From Planctomycetota bacterium (lineage in GTDB: Bacteria; Planctomycetota; UBA8108; SXIK01), in assembly GCA_965223845.1 (NCBI GenBank), contig CBDCXR010000004.1:5984001-6048000 (forward strand): DNA of 64,000 nt, written 5' to 3'. The notes under the pieces are model-generated. The model ran no database searches. It was given only the letters and a program-made list of their open reading frames with translations, and was not told where the DNA came from. Positions within the stretch are counted from its first letter, which is position 1, and every line of letters begins with the position of its first letter. This document shows positions 28,171-40,200 of the stretch, one piece after another. A program made the translations under genes and the position numbers.

Positions 28171-28751
28171 AGCTCCCCGAGCCGAAGCAGCTTCGAGCTC
28201 AGCTTGAGTTTCGCCCGCCGCGTCGCAGCGAGATGGATACGGAAGCGGACCTTCTGCGCCGACTTGAAGAGCTCGATCATCCCGCCGCGCTTACAGAAGA
28301 GCTCCTGGTCGGAAACGGTGAGCACGGAAGCGTCGATCGCCGCGCGCACGACCTCGGTCACCGCGGGGCGAAACGCTCCACCGACGTAGACGACGTGGCA
28401 CGACTCGATCTCGTCGGTCGTCTTCAAGCGGACGACCTCGATGGACCGGCCGCGCGCCTTCTTGCCACCGGTCGCCTGCTCGAGCGCCGCGAACACCGCC
28501 GGGTCGTCGAGCACGCCGATCACGATCGGCTTGCCTTCGCGGGGACGGCGCTCCTCGGGCCACTCCACGTACTTCACGAAACGGTAGACGAACGCCGCTT
28601 TGACCCGCTGCTCGAGCTTGATCTTCGGCTTGCGCTCGGTCTGCGCGAACGCGACCGCACCCAAGCCCAAGCCCACGAGGCTCGTGAGCAGCAGGAGCGT
28701 CCGCGAGAGCGGCGGTCGGTCGACTCTGGCTAGTGTGAATGGCGGACGCAT
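28155..28751 (-). CDS. YfiR/DUF4154 family periplasmic protein
   Basis: VKAAFVYRFVKYVEWP, CHVVYV, VLTVSD..F...GGMIEL, LKLSSKLLRL; signal peptide. Confidence 0.9.
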   Translation of the reverse strand: MRPPFTLARVDRPPLSRTLLLLTSLVGLGLGAVAFAQTERKPKIKLEQRVKAAFVYRFVKYVEWPEERRPREGKPIVIGVLDDPAVFAALEQATGGKKARGRSIEVVRLKTTDEIESCHVVYVGGAFRPAVTEVVRAAIDASVLTVSDQELFCKRGGMIELFKSAQKVRFRIHLAATRRAKLKLSSKLLRLGELYEDE

Positions 28752-28757
28752 CGTGCC

Positions 28758-30851
28758 TCAGAACGCCCAACTGGCCTGCGCGTACACCGCCCGCTCGACT
28801 TCGCTACGGACGCCGAACAGATCACCGTTCCACTCCGGGTGACGATCGTCGAGGAGATTCTGGCCTACGACACTGAGCTCGAAGTTTTCGAGCGGCCGCC
28901 ACGCGAGACGGACGTCGAGGCGAAAGTAGCTCGGTACGTTCCGGTCGGTGATCTGATCGACGTAGTAGAGGCTGACGTCGAAATCGACCTCGCCGGGAAG
29001 GGTGAGTTCGGATCGAATCGACGCCGTGTGACGGGGATAAAGACGCTCGGGTTCTTGGACGCCCCCGCTGATCCCAGACTTCTTCTGGAGCCGCGCCCGG
29101 CTCCAGCCGGCGGTGCCGACGACGCGCCAACGATCGGTAGCGCGCCACTGGGCGACGGCTTCGACTCCGAACATGTCGCCGCGGAAGGCATTGTCGAAGT
29201 GCGACCCGAGTTGAACTCGCGGCGGCGTCCCGCCCGGAAGCGCGACGGGTGCTTCTCCCCGCGTGGCGATGAAGTCGTCGTAGGCGTGAACGTACGCCGT
29301 GAGATCGACGACGAGATCCTCGAGGAGCTCTGAACGCCAGCCGGCTTCGACGGCGAGCAGATCTTCTGCATCGATGCTCCCCGGCGTCGGATTCACGATG
29401 ATCTCGTTCAGCCCGAGCGGAGGACCGGGCACCGCTGCGATCCGGAGGAAGCTGAGATCATCGTTGACTCGCGAGGGGGTGCGCACCGCGCGGGAGACCG
29501 AGAGCCAGAGCGCCTGCGAGTCGACCGGCTTCCAAAGAAGGCGCGCGCTCGGCTGCACCTCGAGTCCGGTGAAGTCGTTGTACTCGAGCTTCGACCCGAG
29601 TGTGAGCGCTAGGTGCTCGCGCACGAGGGAGATCTCGTCCTGCGCGAACGCACTCAGAATGTCATACGTCTCGCTCGGAGATTTCAGGGTGAAGTTCAGC
29701 GAGCCCGGCACGCGGTCGTGTTGGAGGCGGTATCCCGCACCCGCGACAATGTCGTGCCGGTCGAGACCGGTCCAGCGGTGCTGAAGCGTCACGTCGAACG
29801 TATCGAGAACCGCGTTCGAGATCGGACCTTCGCGGTCGGTGCGGTAGTAGTAGGACTGAACGGTGAGTTCGGATGTTTCCGAAAGCCGGCGCGACCAGCG
29901 CGCGAGGAGATTGCCGATCCTCTGGGGGTCCTCCGTGTCGATCACGCGACCGAACGGCGCCGTGAGCAGCGGCTGAAACTCGCGCGACTGCACTCGGGCG
30001 TAGCCGAGATCGCCTTGAACGGTGACCAGATCCTCGGTCGTCGGCTCCCAGTCGAGGCGAAACCCGAGATGGCCGGCGTACCAGCCGTCGTGCGCGCGAT
30101 CGTCGTTCGCGTCGACGAAGTCGTCGTGGATGAAATAGCGACCGAAGACGCGGACGAACGCGTTCTCGGCGAGGCGATGGCCGTAGCGCCCGCTGAAGTC
30201 GCCCATGCGTTCCGACCCACCGCCGGCCTGGACGAACACCCCCTGCGTATCGCGCGCGTGCCGCGTGATCACGTTGATGACGCCGTTGACGGCGTTCGCG
30301 CCCCAGAGCGTGCCGCCCGGACCACGCACGACCTCGACGCGCTCGACGTCCTCGAGAAGAACGTCTTGAAGGTCCCAGATCACGCCGGAAAAGATCGGCG
30401 TGTAGACCGCCCGGCCGTCGATGAGAACGAGGAGCTGCGTCGCGAAGCGCGAATTGAACCCACGCGCGGCAATCGCCCATTTATTCGCGTCGAGGTGGGC
30501 GACGTGCATGCCCGGGACGAGACGGAGAAGCTCGGGGAGCGAGCGAAGTCCCGACCGGCGGATGTCCTCGCGCGTGATGACGAACACCGCCGCCGGGGTA
30601 TCGGATACGCGCTGAGAGCGTCCCGCCACGATCCCGACTTCGACTTCCATGAGGTCGTCTAGATCGAGGTCGAACACGTCCTCGCCGTCGACGAGCCCCG
30701 CGTCGACCTCGCCCGAGACGGTGAGGTCACCCGAGGCGGAGATCGACTGAGCGCTGTCGTCAGCCAAGGATGACACCGCCGATGCGATGACGACACCGGC
30801 GATGGCGCACCAAGTTCGCGCGCGCGCGAATCGTTCATTCAACCGACGCAT
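28758..30851 (-). CDS. TonB-dependent receptor (YfiR-associated type)
   Basis: Plug motifs [51 protein letters not shown]; NLLD near the C-terminus; terminal Phe. Confidence 0.95.
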   Translation of the reverse strand: MRRLNERFARARTWCAIAGVVIASAVSSLADDSAQSISASGDLTVSGEVDAGLVDGEDVFDLDLDDLMEVEVGIVAGRSQRVSDTPAAVFVITREDIRRSGLRSLPELLRLVPGMHVAHLDANKWAIAARGFNSRFATQLLVLIDGRAVYTPIFSGVIWDLQDVLLEDVERVEVVRGPGGTLWGANAVNGVINVITRHARDTQGVFVQAGGGSERMGDFSGRYGHRLAENAFVRVFGRYFIHDDFVDANDDRAHDGWYAGHLGFRLDWEPTTEDLVTVQGDLGYARVQSREFQPLLTAPFGRVIDTEDPQRIGNLLARWSRRLSETSELTVQSYYYRTDREGPISNAVLDTFDVTLQHRWTGLDRHDIVAGAGYRLQHDRVPGSLNFTLKSPSETYDILSAFAQDEISLVREHLALTLGSKLEYNDFTGLEVQPSARLLWKPVDSQALWLSVSRAVRTPSRVNDDLSFLRIAAVPGPPLGLNEIIVNPTPGSIDAEDLLAVEAGWRSELLEDLVVDLTAYVHAYDDFIATRGEAPVALPGGTPPRVQLGSHFDNAFRGDMFGVEAVAQWRATDRWRVVGTAGWSRARLQKKSGISGGVQEPERLYPRHTASIRSELTLPGEVDFDVSLYYVDQITDRNVPSYFRLDVRLAWRPLENFELSVVGQNLLDDRHPEWNGDLFGVRSEVERAVYAQASWAF

Positions 30852-32835
30852 CGGAGACTCCTTTCGCGACGCGCGAGGGCGGATTCGGGCGCGGTCGGAG
30901 TTCTGTGCTAGTGCCCCGAATCAGCCCCTTCAACTCATCGACGACTTGGGTCAACGCGGCCGCTCGCTGCTGGAGCTCGGTCGCGAGGACCGCGGATTCC
31001 TTGGTTCCGCGCGCGTACGATTCCCCGACGGCGTCGATCTGAGCGATCGAGCGGCCCAGGCTGTCGATGCTCTGGGCCTGCGCCTGGCTCGAGTCGCTGA
31101 TGCCGTCGACGAGCACGCCGGTCTTCTCGGCGTTCGCCGTGATCTCGGCGAGGGCAACGGAGGTTGTACGCGCGATCTCTGCTCCTTTGGCAACGCTCTC
31201 GACCGCCTTCTGGATGAGTGCGGCCGAGCTCTGCGCCGCCTCGCCCGCGCTGTTGGCGAGAGCGCGAACCTCCTCCGCGACGACCGCGAACCCGCGGCCG
31301 TGCTCCCCCGCCCGCGCCGCCTCGACCGCGGCGTTGAGTGCGAGGAGATTCGTTTGGAATGCAATTTCCTCGATGGATTCGATGACGCGCGAGGTCTCGC
31401 CGGCGGCTTCGCGGATGCGCTGAAGCGAAGCGTTCAGCTCCTCCATCCACTTCGCTCCCTCGTCGACCGAATCGAGCGTGCGCGCCATCAGGTTCTCGGC
31501 TTCGGTCGCTCGCTTCGTGTTCTTCTGCGACCGTCCGGCGATGTCGCTCGCGATCGCGGTGGTCCGTTGCATCGCCGAAGATTGGCGTTCGGCTCCACCG
31601 GCGAGCTCGCGACTGGAGGTCGTCATCTTCTCGGACACGCCGGAGGTGTGACTCGCAGTCTCGGTGAGGTTCTGAATCGCCGATTCGAGCGGCGCTCCGA
31701 TCGAGCGCGCGACGCAAATCCCCACGACGACCGCTATCACGAAGGAGAGAAGCCCGACGACGATTTGGAGGTAGCGCTGACGAGTGACGAAGCGCGAGCC
31801 GTTCGCCGCGGCGTCGGAGGCGTCGCGACTAGCTGCGCGGGTATCGCGGAGGAACTCTCGATCGAGCTCGGCGAGGAGGGCGACGGATGCCACCGTGGCC
31901 TCCTGGAAACTCGCCCCGGTCGAGAGGAAGTGGCGGCGGTTCTCTGCCATGGCGTCCACCGCTCGACGAAGCTTCGTCGTCGAGGAGCGGATCCGAGTCG
32001 TGTTCTCGTCCTCGGGAAGAACATCGAGCTCGCCGATCGTCAGCTCCGAGACGCGGCGCATCTGATCGCGCAGGCTCTCGATCGCTGCCGCGTCGTTCGC
32101 GGTCAGGATGCCGAGCGCGAGCGTCTCGATCTCGAGGCCTCCGGCGTGGAGATTGAGTGCGGCCTGCACTCGGAGAAGGGCGCGAGTCGTCACTTCGGAG
32201 ATCGTCGCGAACGCGTTCGTCAGCGCCTCGTCTCGGCCGTTCTCGCCGGGGCGACTCCGCGACGCCGAGGCCTCGCCGTCGCGCAAGTTCGCGAACTCGT
32301 CTCTGAGATCGATCTGCGCGTCTTCGAGGCTCGAGAGCGCCTGAAACTCCGCACCGTCGACCGTCTCACGCGCGGCGAAGCGAATCTCGCGGAGAAGACC
32401 CGTCACGTCGGCGCGCAGCGTTTCGAGTCTCGTCGCGAGATCGAGCTTGGTTCGCTTGAGTGCGAGCAGGCGATCGAGCGGTCGTTCGACGGGCGCGAGG
32501 CGTTCGTCCGAGCCGCGGAGTGCCTTCGCGAGGTCATCGCGGAGGCCATCGAGCTCCTCCTGGGAGCGTGCGAGCGGAACGGCCGTGACGAGCCGCCGCA
32601 CGGTCGAGAGCGACTGAGCGCCGATGTTCTGCGCTTCGACCGTACCCGCGACCTTGCTCGTCACGGTGTCCATCTCGGTCTGAACCCGTACGAGCGAGAC
32701 GAGGCCGAGGATGACCGAGAGGCAGCCGCAGGCCGCCACGCCCAAGCACCCCGCGAGCAACCGCCAGCGGAGGGAGCGCGCCGCGGACGAGCGCAGCCAG
32801 CCTCGCCAATGGAGTAGCGAATGAAGAATACGCAA
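30835..32835 (-). CDS. Methyl-accepting chemotaxis-like transducer
   Basis: Two TM segments flanking a large helical periplasmic domain; conserved tip [37 protein letters not shown]. Start codon uncertain. Confidence 0.9.
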   Translation of the reverse strand: MRILHSLLHWRGWLRSSAARSLRWRLLAGCLGVAACGCLSVILGLVSLVRVQTEMDTVTSKVAGTVEAQNIGAQSLSTVRRLVTAVPLARSQEELDGLRDDLAKALRGSDERLAPVERPLDRLLALKRTKLDLATRLETLRADVTGLLREIRFAARETVDGAEFQALSSLEDAQIDLRDEFANLRDGEASASRSRPGENGRDEALTNAFATISEVTTRALLRVQAALNLHAGGLEIETLALGILTANDAAAIESLRDQMRRVSELTIGELDVLPEDENTTRIRSSTTKLRRAVDAMAENRRHFLSTGASFQEATVASVALLAELDREFLRDTRAASRDASDAAANGSRFVTRQRYLQIVVGLLSFVIAVVVGICVARSIGAPLESAIQNLTETASHTSGVSEKMTTSSRELAGGAERQSSAMQRTTAIASDIAGRSQKNTKRATEAENLMARTLDSVDEGAKWMEELNASLQRIREAAGETSRVIESIEEIAFQTNLLALNAAVEAARAGEHGRGFAVVAEEVRALANSAGEAAQSSAALIQKAVESVAKGAEIARTTSVALAEITANAEKTGVLVDGISDSSQAQAQSIDSLGRSIAQIDAVGESYARGTKESAVLATELQQRAAALTQVVDELKGLIRGTSTELRPRPNPPSRVAKGVSDASVE

Positions 32836-33181
32836 AATAGACTACTACCCAAGCCCTGCGCAACTCGGAGGAATTTCGCCCGATGCGGTTCTTCCCCCAA
32901 CCAAGTTTCGGCTGCGCGGTGTCTGTCCTCCACCGATCGCCCGGTAAGCGGGCGGGGAGCCCGCCGACTCCTCAAATTCGACTACGTACCGGTTCGCTCG
33001 ACGAACGCGGCGGGACGGGCGAGCGGGGCGTCGGGGCTGCGCGGAGGTCGTTCCCGTCCGCTCGGCTTCCAGTGGACGCCGTCGATCGTCCGAGGTAAGA
33101 AGAAGGACGCTTGGTCCCCGGAGAACCCGGAGCCGAACCGGGAGGGCTAGGCGAGACGACGTTCGACTCAGGTAGGAATCG

Positions 33182-33883
33182 ATGCCCTTCTTATTGGACC
33201 CACTCTATTTGATCGTTATGGGAATCGCGGCCCTGCTCAGCATCTGGGCCTCGTTCCAGGTGAAGGGAACCTTCGCGCGCTACAGCAAGCGGTCCACGCG
33301 CGCCGGGGTCTCGGGGGCCGAGATCGCCCGGGCGATTCTTCGCTCGAACGGGATCGACGATGTTCACGTCGAACGGGTCCCGGGTTCCCTCAGCGACCAC
33401 TACGATCCCATGAACCGCGTCCTTCGCCTCAGTGAGCCGGTCTACGGCAGCTCGAGCATGGCCGCTTTGGGCGTGGCGGCGCACGAAGTCGGCCACGCGA
33501 TTCAGCACGCGCAGGGCTACGCGCCGCTCAAGTTCCGCTCCGCTTGGGTTCCCGTTGCGAACGTGGCGAGTGGACTCTCCGGCATTCTCCTGATGGCCGG
33601 GTTTTTCCTCGGCATGGCCGGTCTCGCGAAGATCGGTGTCGTCGCGTTCGCGGCGACGACCCTCTTCACGCTCATCACGCTGCCGGTCGAGTTCGACGCG
33701 AGCAAGCGCGCGCTCATCGCGCTCGAGGGCGGCGGATTCGTCACGGAAGAGGAGCTTACCGGAGCGCGGCGCGTCCTCAACGCAGCCGCCATGACGTACG
33801 TCGCTGCGTTCGTCACTTCGCTGCTCCAGCTTCTCTATTTCGCGTACCGGGCGGGACTCATCGGAGGAAGCCGGGACGAGTAG
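33182..33883 (+). CDS. YugP-like membrane zinc metallopeptidase (Zn_peptidase_2)
   Basis: LSDHYDP, VAAHEVGHAIQH, TLPVEFDASKRA, LNAAAMTYVAA. Confidence 0.92.
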   Translation: MPFLLDPLYLIVMGIAALLSIWASFQVKGTFARYSKRSTRAGVSGAEIARAILRSNGIDDVHVERVPGSLSDHYDPMNRVLRLSEPVYGSSSMAALGVAAHEVGHAIQHAQGYAPLKFRSAWVPVANVASGLSGILLMAGFFLGMAGLAKIGVVAFAATTLFTLITLPVEFDASKRALIALEGGGFVTEEELTGARRVLNAAAMTYVAAFVTSLLQLLYFAYRAGLIGGSRDE

Positions 33884-34229
33884 TTCTCGTTCCGGGAAGA
33901 ACTCTCTCTGGTCCCTCGGCCTCTTGGTCGGCCCACGCTGCTCGCGCTGCCGCGTACGACTGGCCCGCGCATCGCCTCTACTGTCTCGCCTGCGGGGCGG
34001 AGGAGACCGGCTTCGAGATTCACAGTTTCTTAGTTCTCTCGAAACATTCGCTCGGTGCCTGAACGCGATGCGAGCTCGGTTCGAAGCCTCCCTCGACTCC
34101 TCGAAGCCGAGCTAAGTGCGAGCGATGTCCTTCGGCAGCTCGTCGACACGATCTGTAATCCCGTGTCGTCGGGGTTCCCGACGCAAAGAATTGGCCCGGG
34201 CCCCGCAGCGCGCCGAGTGGGAGATCCGC

Positions 34230-37200
34230 CTACGGCACCCCGAAACAAGCCGAAAGATCACACCCGACGTCGACGACTCCCGCCGCGCAGTCCGGAAACG
34301 GCGCGCTCGGCGCTTCCCCCGCCGCGAACAGGTAGAGGAAGAGAAAAATCGGATCGCCAATGTCGACGTCTCCGTCGGTGTTTACGTCCGCCGAGTCTCG
34401 ACAGTTCGGCTCGCGCTCGCCCGAGAACAGCCAATTGAGGACGAAAATCCCGTCGGCGAGGTCGACGCGAAGGTCCTGGTTCGCGTCCCCGCGTAGGAAC
34501 TCCGGCGAGTTTGGATCGACGACGTGCACGTTGATGATCTCGGTGCCGCGGCCGCCGACGGAGTCCTCGACGGCGAGCTCGACCGAGTAGTTCCCCTGGG
34601 CGCCCATTCCGAACGAAGAGAGATCCGCGTGGCTCACGATCGGCTGCGGGCCGGCGACGATGTTCCCGTCGAAGTTCCACTCGTAGAGGACGATGCCGTC
34701 GCCGAGCGCCGAATTGGGTTCGGAGGAAGCGGTCCCGTCGAGATGAAGATCGTCGCCGACGAGCACAGTGTAGCCGTCATTCGGATCGTCGGGGTCGGCA
34801 TCGGCGACGGGATCGTCGTTCTCGTAGCTGAACGCGTTCGGAGCGAGGAACGACGTGCCTTCGGCCCGTGTGATGAAAATGTCGACGTCGTGAGGCGGAA
34901 ACGCGCCCGACGGAGCGGTGACTTCGACGCCGCCCGGGACCGGGGTGAGCTCGCTCGCGAGTGCGGCGCCGAATCGAACCTCGCTCGCGCCGAGCGCGCC
35001 GCGCCCTTCGATCCGAACGCGGTAGCCGCCGTTCACCGAGCCGACGCTCGGGACGACGTCGTTGATCTCGATCGGCTGCGATGCGCGTGACATCGCGTTC
35101 GCGCCGCCATCGATTTCCTCCGAGTTCGACCATCCATCTCCGTCGAGATCGCCGTCCGGGTCGACGCTGTTCGCGAAGACGAAGCCTGTCGCGTCGCCGC
35201 GATTGAGCGGGGCGTAGCCGACGAGCTCGGAACTGATCTGCGTGCCGTCGGACGCTAGGCGAAAGAGTGTCGATCCGATGCCGGCTGCGTACTGCGACGC
35301 CCAGATGTCGCCGTCGCCGCTAACCGAGAGGCCGCGGAGACTCGGTGCGAGGGTGATCGTCGTGAGATTCGTGCCGTCGGCATCGAGGCGAGTGAGAGTC
35401 GGCTCAAAATCGTTCGCAACCCAGATGCGCCCGGCGATATCGAGAGTGATTTCTACGGGACGAAGGCCGGCGGCGAATGTCCCGATCGTCGAGCCGTCGC
35501 CGGCGAGGATCGTCACGTCGTCCGAGCCGCGGTTTGCAACGTAGACCCGGCCGGCGCGATCGCAAACGAGCGCCGACGGTTCCGCGCCGGCGGCGTACGG
35601 CGAGCCGGCAAGCTCCGCACCGGAGGAGTCGAGCTTCGTCACGTCGTCGCTCCCCGCGTTCGCGATCCAGATGTGCCCCGTGCGATCGATGGCGACGGCG
35701 ACCGGCCTCGTGCCGGCCGCGTAGAGCGCCGTGTCCACCTGTCCGTCCGCGCGCACGCGCGCGACGCTTCCCGTCTTCTCGAGACTCACCCAAGCATCTC
35801 CCGCCGCGTCGACCGCGATTCCGATGAGGTCAACGTCCTGGAGCGCGCCGACCAGACTGGCGAGATCCGAGCGGAAGCGCACCTGTCCGGCCGAATTGAG
35901 CTTCGTCACACTCGCGTTTTTTCGGCACGCGAGCCAGACGCCGCCGTCGCCGCCGACCGCGATTCCGAGAGGCTTTCGTCCTCCGCCGAGACGGAACGGA
36001 CCCTCGAGCGCGACGACGTCCGATGTCACATCGTCGAGCGCGACGAATGTCGCCGCGTCGTCGAACGAACTCGCCGACCAGACGCCGTGTCGAATGCCGA
36101 GATCGACCGGGAGCGCACCGTACGCATCGACGAGTCCCGTTCCGTACGTCGCGTTCCACGCCGGATCGAGGAGCGGCTCGTCCGGAGTTCCGATCGGCTC
36201 CGCGGTGATGCGGAGCGCGGTTCGAACCGCCCCGGGGTCGAGAGATTCTCCGGCGTCGAGAAGGAGCGCCGCAACTCCACTCACGTGAGCCGACGCGGCC
36301 GAGCTTCCGCTCAGCTCCGAATAGGAGAGCGGCGGCGCGGGCGCGACGCTTCCCGTCGGCGCGAGGATGGCAACACCCGGCGCGACCACGTCCGGTTTCA
36401 TTTCGTCGGTGGGATCGCCGTCGCCGTCGTCGAGCCGCGGCCCGAAGTTCGCCGGCGGGTAGATCGCGTCGTCGGCGCGGTCGATCGTGCCGCCGTCGTC
36501 GAGCGCCGCGACGGTGATCGCCCCGTCGGCGGCGCCGGGCGCGCCGAAACCGGACGCGCCGGCACCGCTGTTGCCCGCCGACGCGACGACGATGAGGCCT
36601 GCTGCAGTCGCCGCGTCGACGGCCATGCTGATCGCGTCCTTCCCGTCCGTCCGCGTCGTGCTCGAGAGGCTCAGGTTGAGGACGTCGATGCCGCGATGGG
36701 CGGTCGGTTGACCGCTCCAGGCGGTCGTTCGGTTGTTCATGCACCACTGAAGACCGGCGAGCAGCGTCGCGCTTGTCCCTTGGCCGAATCGATTGAGCAC
36801 CTTGACGTCGACGAGTTTCGCGTCGGGCGCGATCCCGAGCGAGGTCGAGCTTCGACCGCAGGCGATGCCGGCAGCGTGTGTCCCGTGAAAGACTCCAATG
36901 AAGTCCATATCGTCGTCGGGATTCGAAGCGCTTCCGGCCGTCGCCGGATCGTCGCTGAACGCATCGAAGCCCGCGACGAACTTGCCGGCGAGCGCCGGGT
37001 GATCGTCGTCGACACCGCTGTCGAGAAACGCGATGTTGACGCCTGCGCCGGTGATTCCGAGATCGTGCGCCGTCGACGGCGAGTGCACATCGCTCGGCGC
37101 GGCGCGAAGGACAGCCGCGCTGATATCGAGAGTCGCTTCGAGCGTGACGTCTTCCTCGATGCGAAAGATCGTCGTCTCGGTTGCGAGCACTTGCTTGACG

Positions 37201-40200
37201 TCCTCGACGCGGATGCCCGCGAGACAGACCGCCGAGATCAGCGGAAACGTGCGCGGCGGATGCGCGGCGAGGGGCGCGAGTCGGTCTGCGATCGCAGCGA
37301 GATCCGATCCCGCCTCGAAGACGACCACGATATCGATCGACTCGGAGTCCCGGCGGGCGTCGATCGCATCGTCGAGTCGATCGCCGTCGCGGTCGCCCTC
37401 CCAATCGGCGTAGTCGTCGTTCGGAAACGTTTCGGCGCGAGCGCGGACCCGGATCACCGCCTCGCTCGATCCCTCTGCTCCCATGCGATCCTCGACCGTG
37501 AGCTCGACGCGGTGCTCGCCGACCCGCGCGAGACCGAAGCTCTCGAGCTCGATCGCCTCGATAAATACCTTCGCCCCGCGTCGGTCCGGTTCGCCGTCGC
37601 GGTCGAGATCCCACCAGTAGCCCGCGATCGCGTCGCCGGCGGGCACGTTCGGATCGGAGGAGGAGGAGCCATCGAGAACGAGGCCGCGACCGAGTCGCGT
37701 CGCGTAGCCATCTTCGTTCGCGATCGGCATCGCGCGCGCGACAGGAGGGTCGTTGAGGTACGTAAAGCCCTCGGCGAGAAAGATGGTCGTCTCCTCGAGC
37801 TCGACGGCGACGGTGACCGCGCCCGCGGGAATCCGTCCCGTGGGGACGATCGCTTCGATGGTCACGTCGTCGATGATCGCGAGGCTCGCCGCGCGGCCGT
37901 CGAACCGGACCGCCTTCGCGCCGGCGAGCCCGGGGCCCGAAATCACGACCGGGTAGCCACCGTTGATGGAACCCGATCGCGGAACGACTTCGATCGTTGT
38001 GAGCTCGACCGTCGTCACGTCCTCGTCGCGAGCGCCCGCGCTATCGGCCACGCGGAGGATGACCGGGTATACGCCGAGATCGCGGATGCCGAGCGCCGCG
38101 AGCCCAGCGGCGGTAAGACGCGGCGTGACGCCCGAGGTCTCGAACAGCCCGTCGCCACCCACGTCCCACTCGTACGTCACGAGGACGTCGCCGAGAGGAG
38201 AGTTTCGATCGGTCGAGGCGCTGCCGTCGAGACGGAGACCGTCGCCCGCCCGAACGACGTATCCGGCCCCCGACGACTGGGGGTGAGCCGCGGCGACGGG
38301 CGCATCGTTCAGATAGACGTAGTCGCCGAGCGGGAACTCGAGCCCTGGCGACAGGGTGACGACCGCAGGAACGGTTTCCGGCGGAAATCGTCCGGCGGGG
38401 ACGACGACTTCGAGCGTCGTTTCGTCGATGGCCCGGACGGACGGCGACGCGTTGTCGCCGAAGAACACTCCGACCTTGTCGGCCGCGACGGGCGAGGACG
38501 AGCGGATGTGCGCGAGCTGTCCGCCGTTCACCGAACCGCGCCGGGGATCGAGACCGAACTCGAGCCGAATGATGTCGACCACGCGGATGCGTTCGTTTCC
38601 TTTGTCCGCGATGAAGATGTGCGAGCCGTCGGGAGAATAGAGAGCCGCGGCCGGCCGCCGGAGCTCAGCGAGATTCGCGGGGCCGCCATCGCCGCTCGCA
38701 CCAGGAACGCCGCTTCCGACGAGTGGGATCCACTCACCGCCTCCTCCGAGCGCGACGACTTGATGACGCGCCCGGTCGACGACGCGGAGCGCACCGGAGA
38801 AATCGAGTGCGAGGCCGGCGGGATCAATCGCGGTTCCAATGGTTCGGATCACCCTACCCGCATCGATTTCGAAGACCGCACCGAGCCCTTCGTCGGCGAT
38901 GTAGAGGTTTCCCGTCGCATCGGCCGCGAGCGAGGACGGAAGACCGAGACGAGCGTCCGTACCCGCGACATCGCGGGGTTCGAGTGCGCCCCCGCCCGCG
39001 TAGACCGAGAGCTCGCCGTTGCTCAAGAGATAGATGCGTCCCGCCGAGCGATCAGCGATCCACGCACCGGCGGGACCGAGCGCAACGTCGGTCGGATCTT
39101 GGAGCGCCGCCGCGAGCGCATCGACCGGTCCGTTCCCGGGTGCCATCGTACCGCCGCCGGCGACCGTTTCGATGTTTCGTCCGGTGACACGCCTCACTCG
39201 CGCGTGTCCCGTATCGGCGATCCAGAGCGCTCCGTCCGCACCGATGGCGATCCCGCGCGGACGGGCGAGCCGCGCGAGTTCCGCGGGTCCGCCGTCACCG
39301 AGCCCATCGAGCGACGAACTACCGCCCGCCGCGGTTCGGATGGTTTCGGCGACGGGATCGATGACGCGAACGCGATCGTTCTCGGTGTCGGCGATCCAGA
39401 CGAGTCCGCTCGACATCGCGAGATCGCTTGGACAGGCGAAGAGAGCCTCTGCGAGCGAGTCGCCGCGGTCGTAGAACCGCGTGGACCCGTTTCCGGCGAC
39501 GGTTCGGATGATTCCATCGTCTCCGATTGCCCGGAGTCTCCGATTCAGCCGATCGGCGATCCGGAGCGTTCCGTCGGCAGCCACTCCCAGATCGGCGACT
39601 CGTCCGAGGCGGGCGGCCGTGGCCGGGCCGCCGTCGCCGAGACCGTCTGCCGGTGCGCCGCCACCGGCGAACGGAGTGACGATCGCGTCGTCGATCCCGA
39701 CGCGGAGGACGCGTTCGAGCGAGGTGGTCTCACAGTCATCGCCTTCGCGCTTGCAGATGCGATCGGCGACGTAGAGCGCTCGCGCTTGAGCGTCGACCGC
39801 GATCGCGGTCGGATACGCGAACGCCGGGGGTAGATCCTCGATTCCCTCCGCTCCGCCGGCGTCGCTCGCTACCGCCGAACCGAGAACGATTTCGCGGTCG
39901 ATGTCGAACGCGTAAACGTCCCGGCGCGTTGCGTCGGCGATCCATAGAGTCCACGGCATCTCGAGATCGATGGCGGTGATCTCGCCGAGGAGAAATTCGC
40001 GCGCCGGAGTTTCAGCGATGACGGGATCCTCGCGGTCCGCGATGCCGGTCGTGCCGGCGATCGTAGAGATGCGGCCGTCCGCCGTGAGCCGCCGAATGCG
40101 AAACGTGGACGCTTCGGCAAAGAGAAGGCTTCCGTCCGGCGCGACGACCATCGAGGACACTTCGCCGATGGGTTCCGTGCGCGCGTCGTCGCCGTCCGCG

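Noticed and set aside
35673-39833. 1386-aa plus-strand ORF
   Set aside because: Antisense shadow of the motif-rich 2143-aa gene; Arg-rich, no domain motifs; expected in high-GC DNA.
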